NCBI RefSeq assembly: GCF_033153115.1
Contig: NW_026889758.1
Coordinates: forward strand, 4,216,001-4,280,000
Reading direction: 5' to 3'
Origin: Saccostrea echinata
Lineage: Eukaryota
DNA: 64,000 nucleotides
Shown: piece after piece, positions 1 to 12,100 of the stretch
Layout: each line of letters starts with the position of its first letter
Position numbering within the stretch: the first letter of the stretch is position 1
The notes under the pieces: generated by a model
Seen by the model: the letters and a program-made list of their open reading frames with translations, nothing else
What the model was told of the DNA's origin: nothing
Databases searched by the model: none
Position numbers and translations under genes: made by a program

Positions 1-74
1 TTGTTCTAATTAGCATAAAATAATGAATGAATGGTTTCTAAATGCATCATTAAAATTATTTTGCAAAGACTCAC

Positions 75-2054
75 AAATGCAGGTTTGAATTTTTCTTCCA
101 GAAAATGAATGAAAGCTTTGTTGTCTGCTTGAATCCTCCTTGACACCGATACATCATTTCCACAGTTCTGAAAGTTTTAAATTTGTCAAATACATGCACA
201 CATTGGAATTCATAAAAGCATTAAAAGTGAATCAGTTCAAGAAAGTAAACTGATTATATGAAGAAAACCATTTTAAATACAATGTTGTACAGTGTTTTTG
301 TTTTTCTATATGCAAGTTCTCAGCACTTGTACAGTGTTTCCATTTTTCTATATGCAAGTTCTCAGCACAATCATGTACTGCAAATCACTTTTTATTCGCA
401 ACAACTTTATTTTCACGCAATTACACAAGATGTCTGCTAGTGAAAATTTCATTCTCACATATATTTTTATCAGCATAGACTATATGCACCAAAACCAGAA
501 TTTGTGAAAAATTTGTCTCACTTATCATTTCCAAATACTTTCTCGTGAAAATAAGGTGTCACTAAATTTTAGTGATCTATAGTATTTGTTGATTTGTTGT
601 CAAGGATTTTTGAAATGTTCATGTCCATAGCTTGTATAATTTCAAGCATTAATAAAAGTTATATATTAAAATTCAAACTGGGCTTCATTTACAGTATTTA
701 AATGTATGTTTATTAATTTGGTACACATTATTTTTGTAAAATGAATTTTAATTACCTGTTCTTTTAAATAATCAAAAATGCTTATTACATCACATTTTAC
801 GGTGTCTCCATCCTTCAAAATAGGCAACATACCTGCAAAAAAAGTTCAAATAAAATTCCTATGTTTTAGTCCTATGATAAGTATAAAACAATCCAAGCAA
901 ATATGAGGCAACATCACACCTTCTTTAATTTACCATTTTGTTAAAGAGAAGGGCATAAATCATCTGCACTGTTTTAGTAGCTAGGGGTAGAACAAGTTTG
1001 GAGTAAAATGCTGACTCTGGACCCCACTTTAGCATGTTTAGTCAGGGGGTACAGCCTGCTATGTCAAATTTACTGTTTTAACTGTCATTTTTCAATTTTG
1101 TTTTCAAGAGTATGGAATGTTTATAAAACATTTTCTAGTACACAGAGGCTGAGAGCAATAAATATTTGAAACACCATAGAGCGTCTTGAGCAAATATATC
1201 TTCTGGAAAATTCTTCAGAAAAGTAGTCTGAATGTTAAATCCCCAAAAATGTTAATTTCTTCATTCAGAAATTCTTATCATTTAATATTCATAATGCATT
1301 ACTAGTTCATGTTCATAACTTCACATTACTCTATGCAAAATGTTTCCATTTCTATGTTATTCAAATAAATTCATTTGGATACTACATGTACTAGGGCACA
1401 GATCAGTGATATACATCAGACTGCAGGGAGTTAAGAGACCAATTCATTTGGTAAATTTATTGAGTCTGGGAACAGGAAATAACACACCGTAATGTTGAGA
1501 GATAAATTCTAGTAGTTCTTTAAATAAATTAAACTCTTCAAAATGTGCGAAAACATTATCTAAAATTATAGCCAAGTTATCTGCCATGTGGCTCAAATCT
1601 ATTCTATGTAATCATCATAATGAAATAATACTTCAGAAGGCTGTTTGTTAAAAACGAAAAGACTGCACCTCCTGACTCTCCAAATTGTATCGTCCAGAGT
1701 AAGCATCTTACACCAAGCCGGGTAGACCAAACAATGTGTGTAATTAAGTGACAACCAGATGATCTAAATATTTATACCAGAAGGTGATCTCAATGGATTA
1801 CTTCTAGGTATCACCTTCACTGGTATTCCTGAAAACTTACAGTATGCCTGTAAAAAAAAAAAATGCAGAAATTAAGTACTGCTGCACAAAAAATATTATA
1901 CAAATATAGGTATATAAATAAATGGCATCCAGTTAAGGAAACCAAAGATCTCTTCGAATTAATCAATAACCTTGACAGCTAAACATTTATAATCAATCGA
2001 TGGTAGACCCCAGTCTCCCGACCATATTTCTAATTTTTTAACTTCGTCTGCCAT
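75..2054 (-). CDS. MTX1: Metaxin-1/3-like mitochondrial outer-membrane protein, exons 1-4 (continues beyond window start)
   Basis: Hand-spliced GT-AG exons 2054-1971, 1847-1778, 832-756 and 167-75 are phase-compatible. They read MADEVKKLEIWSGDWGLPSIDYKCLAVK/AYCKFSGIPVKVIPRSNPLRSPSG/MLPILKDGDTVKCDVISIFDYLKEQ/NCGNDVSVSRRIQADNKAFIHFLEEKFKPAF, matching the metaxin N-terminal motifs WxGxWGLPSxD, NPxxSPSGxLP and QADxxAF..LEEK. Not in the ORF track. Confidence 0.92.
285..368. repeat. 42-bp tandem duplication in a MTX1 intron
   Basis: ttgtacagtgttt(ttg/cca)tttttctatatgcaagttctcagcac, two copies. Confidence 0.85.
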
Positions 2055-2485
2055 TCTGCGTGGAGGACATGCGGGTTGAACACGAAGTGGTTAATGCAAT
2101 CGTTAAAGTTTCGAACCAAGTGGATTTCGGTTTTCCAAACTGTTATTGCACATAATTTTTATAAAAATAATTTTGAATGATTCAAAATATATTTTAATAT
2201 ATATATTTTTATTTATTTATTTCGATATTTTCATCTTCTGAAAACTCATTACCATGCGGATTTTTGACACGGTTTTATTTTAAGTACTATCGCGCTCTAT
2301 AATTATCCGGTGTAAAAATGGCGGTTGTCGAAATCAAAACAATTGCAAAAATTTGTGGGTTTTTTAACTATGAAAGATGACTTTGTAGACTTTCATTCAA
2401 ATGTTAAGTAGGCTAGGTTTCATTAAATAAAATGTAACCAACACAAAATATTCTTCAAATGTGAAAAAAAACTCACAGACTGAAG
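2055..2485. promoter_or_regulatory. Putative bidirectional promoter of MTX1/GON4L plus GON4L non-coding first exon
   Basis: Short, locally CpG-richer spacer between divergent genes. YY1-type motif AAAATGGCGG at 2315-2324. Strong donor AAG|GTAAGA at 2485/2486 that could splice to the acceptor ttccag| at 3136, 7 nt before the ATG. Confidence 0.55.
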
Positions 2486-3143
2486 GTAAGAATGTGGCAC
2501 AGGCATTGTTTCGGTCAGGTTTGGTACAATCACTAGATTTAGCTACGTAGCTTGAATTACTTACATAGCTTTATTTACTTACCTGAAGTAGCTTTATTTA
2601 GCTACTAAATCAAACATTTCTTTCAATTAGCTTTTTTTCTCAGGATGTGCAGAAAATCGCAGTTTGATTTTCAACTTTTAGCTAATCTGAAAACGATTCA
2701 TGAAAAAATCACTCTTGAAAATGTGTTTTTTTCTGCGCAATTGCAGTCAAAGTTCTAAAAGATTTAGGGTTAAATACAACAGTTAATTTGTGACCAAACA
2801 GTAACTTCTTTAATGGAATAACAAAGAAGATCAGTTCAGGTTAACTTGATGATTGGTGCACAATGTGAAGTATTGATTAATCATACTTTATAACTTATCC
2901 ATGCCTCACCGCACACAATGTCGTATGGTTACTAACAATAGAAAAACATCTTTTCCTTAAAAGTGTTAAAATGCAGCAATGTTTAAACTATCTCTGCTTT
3001 GGATTGCATTTTTAAATATCCCTAGTATAAATATTAGTAATCATTTCCGATTTTCTATCACTATTTTAAATAGATGTCATTATTTATTCCAAAGCCAATT
3101 AATTTCTAGAAGTCATTTAATTGACATGTATTCCAGGGAACAA

Positions 3144-6100
3144 ATGGCTAAAGTAGGCAGTGATGAAATGGAGAAGTTAGAAGGGAGAGGTATGTCCGAG
3201 TCTTCTGAAGGTGAAGAGAGTGGGGGCGAGGATAATGACATCTCAGATGTAGACACAAACTCAGATGAGAGTGAGGAAATAAACAATCAAGATGCTGGAA
3301 AAACTGACAACTCAGCTATTCAGGGCAACTTACAAAAAAAGGAATTATCAAAAGATCTGCCAATGGAAAACAACATGAACAATGAAGGAAATAAGCTTCA
3401 AGGGCCGTCAAAAGAGAAGAGAAAGTTTGACACTTTGAACATTATAAAAAACATTTTCCCATTCAAGTCATTGGAGAAAAGTGTGCCAGCAACTAGAGGG
3501 ATTAAGCGGAGCCAAGGGTAAAATTCAGGTTTTAAATTTTACAGAATATAAACATTTATATTCTAACGTATTGACAGAATGCGAGCCTCCTAAATTTAGG
3601 CCTTGTTCTGAACATCTTAGCTTTTTATAGTCCCTACAAAAGAAGTTTGGGGGGTATGTAAAATCACTTTGTCCATATCCTCTGTCTGTCTGGCTGTCCA
3701 TCTGTCTTTGCAATCATGTCCGCACTATAACTTTTTAATGGAGAAACATGCTCATACTTCATGACACTTGGTACAAGTACAGAGTACAAAGATTGTTTAT
3801 GACCTGAGGGTTAATAATGACCTGACTCAAGGTCATTTTTGCAATTTCAAGGTCAGTGAAAAAGTGGAAAAAAAAGTTTGTGTATGGTGTATAACTCTCT
3901 AATAAAGAAACAGTCGAAGTTCATACTTCACACAAATATTACTTGTGTCTTGAAGATGTTTCATGACCTTGACACAAGGTCATTCCTACAAGTTCAAGAG
4001 CACTTAAAAAAAAAATTGTGCCAGTAGGTCATTACTCTCTAATAGATAAGTATTGGAAGTTGAAAATTCAAACAAAGATTATTTGTGAGCTAAAGGTATG
4101 TCATAATCTAGACACAGACTCATTGTGGCAAGTTTAAGGTTATTGTCAAAAAAATGTAAAATTAATGTCAGGTCCATGATTTTCTAATGGAGAAACAAAG
4201 ATTTTTCTTGACCAGAGGATGGGTCTTTTTATTTAACCAGTTCATTTTGGTAAGTTCAAGGTCACATCTAGAAAATTGTATATGAGCATGTTATAAAAAT
4301 TGCAGCGGGGAAGGGGAGGGTATAATTTTGTGAGGTTGCTCACAGTAACTGTATTTGTAATTATAACTTGTCTTGCTTACTTATCTTAAATTTTTGTTTG
4401 TTTATAAAGAAAAAAAAGAACTGAAGTACACATAGGTAATTATACTGTATTTCTGTCTTTGCAGAAAACCAAATTTGATAAGGAGCTGTAAACGTAAAAA
4501 ATTAACCCTTGGTAAGAAGGATTCTAAAACAGCTGATGGTGGTGAGGGAGAGGAGGAAGCAGACAATGAGTGTTCTGATGATTCTGACAGTGAGGGCTGG
4601 CAGATTCTCGAGGAGGAATCAGACAAGGACCTAGACAAAGCACTGGAGGAGAACGCCTCCAGAAATAAGCTAACAGCCTATAATGTTAAAGCAATACTTC
4701 ATGTGAGACATTTTACAGTTACTCATTTTGTTAAGGATGCTATAAATCTTCAATGAATTAATGATCAATTAGCTAATTACTGGTAGCAAAGCTTGGGGTG
4801 GGAGGTTTTGGGGGTTATAGGACTTGCTCTGTCTGTCAGTGCAGTATTGTTCTGGCTAGAAATGTGAAACATAAAAGAATGGAAATAGAAAATTTCTTCT
4901 GAGTGAGATATAAAAGATCTGTAAATGCTTGAAGGTAGTATTATTATGAAAAAAAGGACCTTTTATATTTTCAGTTTAAGTCATGACTCAGCGAAATAGA
5001 AGTTATTTGACCAAATGGAGAGGTTGTTGATTTCAGGAACAAAATGTTAAGTTAAATCAAGACTTAACAATATTGTTGTGGACACAGTCTTAAGTGTCAG
5101 TTGACATTTTAATTTTATACAATGTACATACTACAACTAAATGCCTAAGCCAAAAAAAAAAAAAAATCCCAGTTTAGAAATGATAACATTGTCAAGGTAT
5201 CAGTTCACTGAATCTTCTGTTTATACATGTTACATTGAAATTAATTCAAAATATGACCCACTAATAAAATGTTGATTGCCCATGAACATTAACCTTCACA
5301 AATTGAGATGATTCCACAGTATTTAGAGTCATTCAGGTGATCTATTAATCTCTTTTCCTGTCTCCATATGGTGTGTTTCAAACAGAATGTTTCTTCTCAA
5401 ATATGGTTCAACAAATTTTAACCAAATTTGGTTTGTAGAACAATATGCATTTATGAATGAAGGGGAATAGAAATTGTAAATTTCAAGGTTCCTATCCCCC
5501 ACTCCCTGGGGACTTGAGGAGATGAATGGGGCCAAAGTCATGGAAATTCATGCAATCTTCAAAATTCTTGTCCTGTACAACTTATAGGCAAATTGCTTGC
5601 ATGGTTATTATGATCAACTATCCTTCTACCAAAATGATATCTTCTGGGTTCAGGGTTCAGGTCCCAGAGCAAAGCCAGGTTGGTCATCAAAGCAAATATA
5701 ATGTCTATTACATATTTGAAAATCTTCAAGACATCTTTATTGGAGGACAATAAAGACTAGTCATTTATTATCACGAAGCATATGGATATGCTTGCATGAT
5801 AGTAAATGACCAGTTACCTTTTTAGCTTTTTGTGTACCCTGTATCCATAGTTCAGTCCTTATTTATATAGGGTATGCAAAAGGTCAAAGTGAAAGATTTT
5901 CAAATGGCCACTCAGTTTTATACTTTACAACATTTACATACTAGAGATGAAATGAAGGTGATGAAATGTCTTGATTATATAAACTTTAATCAATTCAATA
6001 TTTATGATATTGTGTGTTCTTAGAGATCACGAAGCAAGAGCATGTCTCGCTCAGTGGTGAGTGTATATTCTGTTTTCTATTTGTAGCAAGTTATTACAAA

Positions 6101-9100
6101 TGAACATGTTGTTGCCATGGTGAAGAATACTATCTTGAATGAGGTGGCTTCCAAGGAAGAACTTAAAGAGGCCACCTATGAACCCAAAATGACAAGGGCA
6201 ACTGTCAAAAAGGCCATAGAGGAGAAGGGAGATGTAAGAAAATAGAAATCATTAATATTCATGAAAGTCATCAAATATTCACTTTCCTCACTTGGTAATG
6301 TTGGCTGAAATTGATATTTGATGTCCTCCCCTCTCTCCACTTAAATGTGGCACTAAGAGAAAAAAAATACTTTTCTTGTATTCCTTTCTGAAGTAAAGTA
6401 TGTGTCTTAAGTCATAAATGATTTTGTTCAGATGTTGAGTTAAGCTCTTTTGAATAGCATCTATTTGTATTATTACTTTCACACATAGATAAACCAACAT
6501 TGTACAATGTTTTTCATACTACATGGTGTTGATCTTGACTGTACGTTTGATCTTGACATTGGTAAATGAAACCAAAAAAAATTAAATCTTTGATAAGGAT
6601 GACAAACTCCATTATATTACACTACAAGTGCAAATGTATACCATTACCTAATGCATGTATGTACAAGAACTTGTTGAGAAAGTTTTGATTCTGTTTGCTT
6701 TAAGGTAATGCACCCTTGGCCATTAACACCCCTGAAGAAGAAGACAGAGGAAGTGAGGACGATTTTAGACATAGAACTGAGTGAGGAGGAGGAAGAGGAC
6801 GATGATTACAGTCCTGATAAAGAAAAGGAGGTCAGTCAGTGGGGGTGCTAGGTGTTATGATTACAGTCCTGATAAAGAAAAGGAGGTCAGTCAGTGGGGG
6901 TGCTAGGTGTTATGATTACAGTCCAAGGAAAGGAGGTCAGTCAGTGGGGGGTGCTAGGTGTTACGATTACAGTCCTGATAAAGAAAAGGAGGTCAGTCAG
7001 TGGGGGTGCCAGGTGTTACATTTACAGTCCAAGGAAAGGAGGTCAGTCAGTGAGGGGTGCTAAGTGTTATGATTACAGCCCTGATAAAGGAAAAGAGGTC
7101 AGTCAGTATGGGGTTCTAGGTGCTACGATAACAGTCCTGATAAAGAAAAGGAGGTCAGTCATTGAGGGGTGCTAAGTGTTATGATTACAGTCCTGATAAA
7201 GAAAAGGAGATCAGTCAGTGGGGATGCTAGGTGTTATGATTACAGTCCTGATAAAGAAAAGGAGGTCAGTCAGTGGGGGTGCCAGGTGTTACGTTTACAG
7301 TCCAAGGAAAGGAGGTCAGTCAGTGAGGGGTGCTAAGTGTTATGATTACAGTCCTGATAAAGAAAAGGAGATCAGTCAGTGGGGGTGCTAGGTGTTACGA
7401 TTACAGTCCTGATAAAGAAAAGGAGGTCAGTCAGTGGGGGGTGCTAGGTGTTACGATTACAGTCCTGAAAAAGAAAAGGAGGTCAGTCAGTGGGGATGCT
7501 AGGTGTTACAATTACAGTCCTGATAAAGAAAAGGAGGTCAGTCAGTGGGGGTGCTAAGTGTTACGATTACAGTCCTGATAAAGAAAAGGAGGTCAGTCAG
7601 TGGGGGTGCTAGGTGTTACGATTACAGTCCAAGGAAAGGAGGTCAGTCAGTGGGGGGTGCTAGATGTTACGATTACAGCCCTGATAAAGGAAAGGAGGTC
7701 AGTCAGTGGGGGGTGCTAGGTGTTACAATTAGAGCCCTGATAAAGGAAAGGAGGTCAATCAGTGGGGGGTGCTAGGTGTTACATTAACTGATGCTCTAAT
7801 GGACTTATTCTTCTCCATTTAAACTTCATGCAAAGATAAATTATTTTCATGAGATTGAAAATAAAGGATGTAAAACATTTTCGCCTCGGTCAATATTGAT
7901 ATTTCTCTGGTGAATAACAAACCATATTCACCACCAAAAGAGTTCATATTTGTTGTATTATATAGTAAGGATTTGAATAAATAAGACATTGAAGGTTGCA
8001 TGATGATACCATTTTCATTAACGAACCTCTGTCGTAGAAAAAAAAAATACAGATTACAGTTTATAACTTCCATGTTTTCCAGTGAATCTGTAGTGTTATG
8101 AACCGTTTGTATTTGTATAGATTATATAAGGACTATTTATAGACTAAATACTAAAAAAAACATTATTTCAAACATTGTTTACACTCAACTACATGTAAAT
8201 ATACATCTCACAGATATCATCTATGCTAGGTATTTGAACAGTTAAAGGTTACTACCAGGTAGTCAGGAACTTTTTCTTGGGAAATAGGTTTTATAGGATT
8301 GACTGAGATTTGGTAATAAGACATTAAGAAATCAGGAATTTATAAATTTTATATATATTACAGCAACTCTTTTGTATGAAAAAGGTGTAAAAAGTGGTTG
8401 ATTTATTGCAGGGAAGTTTTAGTGATGAAGACAGTGAGAGTGTGACTTCTTCACAGATGAGTGACTTTGGTTCCCCCTGTCCTTCAACTCCGGCCACACC
8501 CAGGACACCAGTCTCGTCAGTGGGACTAACTTTAGACACAAGGAATGCCACTACCACTGAAAAAGAATATAAAGGGGTAAGTAAATCATTACATCGGGTG
8601 ATTTGAAGAAAAGAGAGCAAACAAACTTGTAACCTGTGTTTGCAATTCATTCAGTTAAAAATAATCTGCATGTTATAAATTATGATGTGATTAAAAGAGT
8701 CACACCAATTACATTGTATTGCAATGCTTTACTGTTTAAATTCTTTGTAGCCATTTCTTAGTCCCATGGGTCCACCAAGTAAACTTCCATTATACAGACA
8801 GTCACTTAATAAGAAATTCCAAGAAGTAGAGGATATGAGTGAGAAAACTAAGGTACATTACTTTGTTCTGTGTTTGGGCAGTATATTACAGGTACATATA
8901 CATGTATATTCCATAAAACTTTGAATTTTCTTCTTTATCTTCATTATAAAAGGATCTTTTGCAGGAAAGGGTTATAATCAATACAGAATGATCACTGCTG
9001 TTGGGTTATAATCAATACAGAATGATCACTGCTGTTGGGTTATAACCAGTACAGAATGATCACTGCTGTTGGGTTATAATCAGTACAGAATGATCACTGC

Positions 9101-12100
9101 TGTTGTGTTATAATCAATACAGAATGATCACTGTTGTTGGGTTATAATCAATACAGAATGATCACTGCTGTTGGGTTATAATCAGTGCAGAATGATCACC
9201 GCTGTTGTGTTATAATCAGTACAGAATGATCACTGCTGTTGTGTTATAATCAATACAGAATGATCACTGCTGTTGGGTTATAATCAGTACAGAATGATCA
9301 CTGCTGTTGGGTTATAATCAATACAGAATGATCACTGCTGTTGGGTTATAATCAATACAGAATGATCACTGCTGTTGGGTTATAATCAGTACAGAATGAT
9401 CACTGCTGTTGGGTTATAATCAATACAGAATGATCACTGTTGTTGGGTTATAATCAATACAGAATGATCACTGCTGTTGTGTTATAACCAGTACAGAATG
9501 ATCACTGCTGTTGTGTTATAACCAGTACAGAATGATCACTGCTGTTGTGTTATAATCAGTACAGAATGATCACCGCTGTTGTGTTATAATCAGTACAGAA
9601 TGATCACTGTTGTTGTGTTATAATCAGTACAGAATGATCACTGCTGTTGGGTTATAATCAGTACAGAATGATCACTGTTGTGTTATAACCAGTACAGAAT
9701 GATCACTGCTGATCACTGCTGTTGTGTTATAATCAGAATGATCACTGCTGTTGGGTTATAATCAATACAGAATGATCACTGCTGATCACTGCTGTTGGGT
9801 TATAATCAGTACAGAATGATCACTGTTGTTGGGTTATAATCAGTACAGAATGATCACTGCTGTTGTGTTATAATCAGAATGATCACTGCTGTTGTGTTGT
9901 AATCAGTGCAGAATGATCACTGCTGTTGGGTTATAATCAGTACAGAATGATCACTGCTGTTGGGTTATAATCAGTACAGAATGATCACTGCTGTTGGGTT
10001 ATAATCAATACAGAATGATCACTGCTGTTGTGTTATAATCAATACAGAATGATCACTGCTGTTGGGTTATAATCAGAATGATCACTGCTGTTGGGTTATA
10101 ATCAATACAGAATGATCACTGCTGATCACTGCTGTTGGGTTATAATCAGTACAGAATGATCACTGTTGTTGGGTTATAATCAGTACAGAATGATCACTGC
10201 TGTTGTGTTATAATCAGTACAGAATGATCACTGCTGTTGTGTTATAATCAGAATGATCACTGCTGTTGGGTTATAATCAGTACAGAATGATCACTGCTGT
10301 TGGGTTATAATCAATACAGAATGATCACTGTTGTTGGGTTAAAATTAATACAGAATGATCACTGCTGTTGGGTTATAATCAATACAGAATGATCACTGCT
10401 GTTGTGTTATAATCAATACAGAATGATCACTGCTGTTGGGTTATAATCAGTACAGAATGATCACTGTTGTTGGGTTATAATCAATACAGAATGATCACTG
10501 CTGTTGCGTTATAATCAGTACAGAATGATCACTGCTGTTGGGTTATAATCAATACAGAATGATCACTGTTGTTGGGTTATAATCAGTACAGAATGATCAC
10601 TGCTGTTGTGTTATAATCAATACAGAATGATCACTGCTGTTGTGTTATAATCAATACAGAATGATCACTGTTGTTGTGTTATAATCAGTACAGAATGATC
10701 ACTGCTGATCACTGCTGTTGTGTTATAATCAGAATGATCACTGCTGTTGGGTTATAATCAATACAGAATGATCACTGCTGTTGTGTTATAATCAATACAG
10801 AATGATCACTGCTGTTGGGTTATAATCAGTACAGAATGATCACTGTTGTTGGGTTATAATCAGTACAGAATGATCACTGCTATTGTGTTATAATCAATAC
10901 AGAATGATCACTGCTGTTGTGTTATACACAGGATTAACAGTGATACTTAAAATTTAATGAAGAGCAAAGAGTACTTTCAAAAAAATGAAATTTCATGTTA
11001 TTTAGTATTAAATGAGTATTTATTTGCAGTATATTTTTCTACATGCTACATTCTAATGAATAAGAAAGACACAACTACAAAGATCTGTGATAGCTGACTT
11101 TGCTGAACCATTGAATTTTAGTTAGATGAATGTTTTCTTTGTAAAACAGGAGGAACAAACGATAGCAGCCAGAACAAGGTCTAAATTATCTCTGGAGGAC
11201 ACGTCCATTATTGAGCTGGAGTCCACTTTTGTTCCCCCTGATTTCACCCCTGACATGTACGACAATGAGTGTGAGGATGAGGATTGGCAGGGATTCCTCC
11301 AGTCCCTCTACAAACCTCCAGGTTTATTCTTAACTCTCTCTCTCTCTGTCTACATAGACTTGTATGTACTTATAACTCTAATAAGCTTTTGTCGGTATAA
11401 AGTAGGAGGTTTAAGATGAATATGACATTTCCTACTCAATTTAATGAAAAAATGAAAACCTGCTTTGTCAGTGTTTATCAGAAGCTTTTTATATATTTCC
11501 TGTGCTATGGCATTGTTTCTGCTTCAATTTAGTATTATTAATAATGACAAATTTGAAGCAGGAATAAGACTATGGAAAGTTGAATTATTGTTAAGCTGCA
11601 TATCATAGAATTGTCAAAGTGAGTTTACATATGATGAAGTTGATTCTCAACTTGATGTTTTGAACCACTGGAAATCAAAGATTCATGTCTGACATACAAC
11701 AGAGTCTGAGATAGCAAGGTGTAAATGTATTTTATTTGTTGTAAGTGACCTGACAGTATAGCTTTATACAGTAGATTATATCCATTGTAATGCCAAATAC
11801 ACAACATAAAATGTAGTGTGTGCTCAGCAATGTATTTTTCACGATTTTTGAAATTTTTTAATAAAGTCTACTCTTAACATTTCAAAACAGATCAGGAGCA
11901 TTACAGTAAACTCTTTCTCCAAAGCTCATTTGTAGAAGTCAATAACATCAGTACAGTTATAATTATAAAGTAGGGAATTAATGCTTCCTTTAATAATACA
12001 ATAATAATAGTATCTATAATACAAAGATTTGATGTGTGTGTAAATTTCTGTGTCAAACAGAATCGGAGAACACCAATGATGGAATGGATGATGAGGATCC

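Noticed and set aside
1600-1760. Two short hairpins in a metaxin intron as a snoRNA
   Set aside because: The stems are short and I could not place convincing H/ACA or C/D boxes.
6839-7775. Short ORFs in the 55-bp array
   Set aside because: Translations of an intronic minisatellite.
8969-10926. 34-bp repeats as a CRISPR array
   Set aside because: The units are contiguous with no unique spacers, there are no cas genes, and the array sits in a eukaryotic intron.
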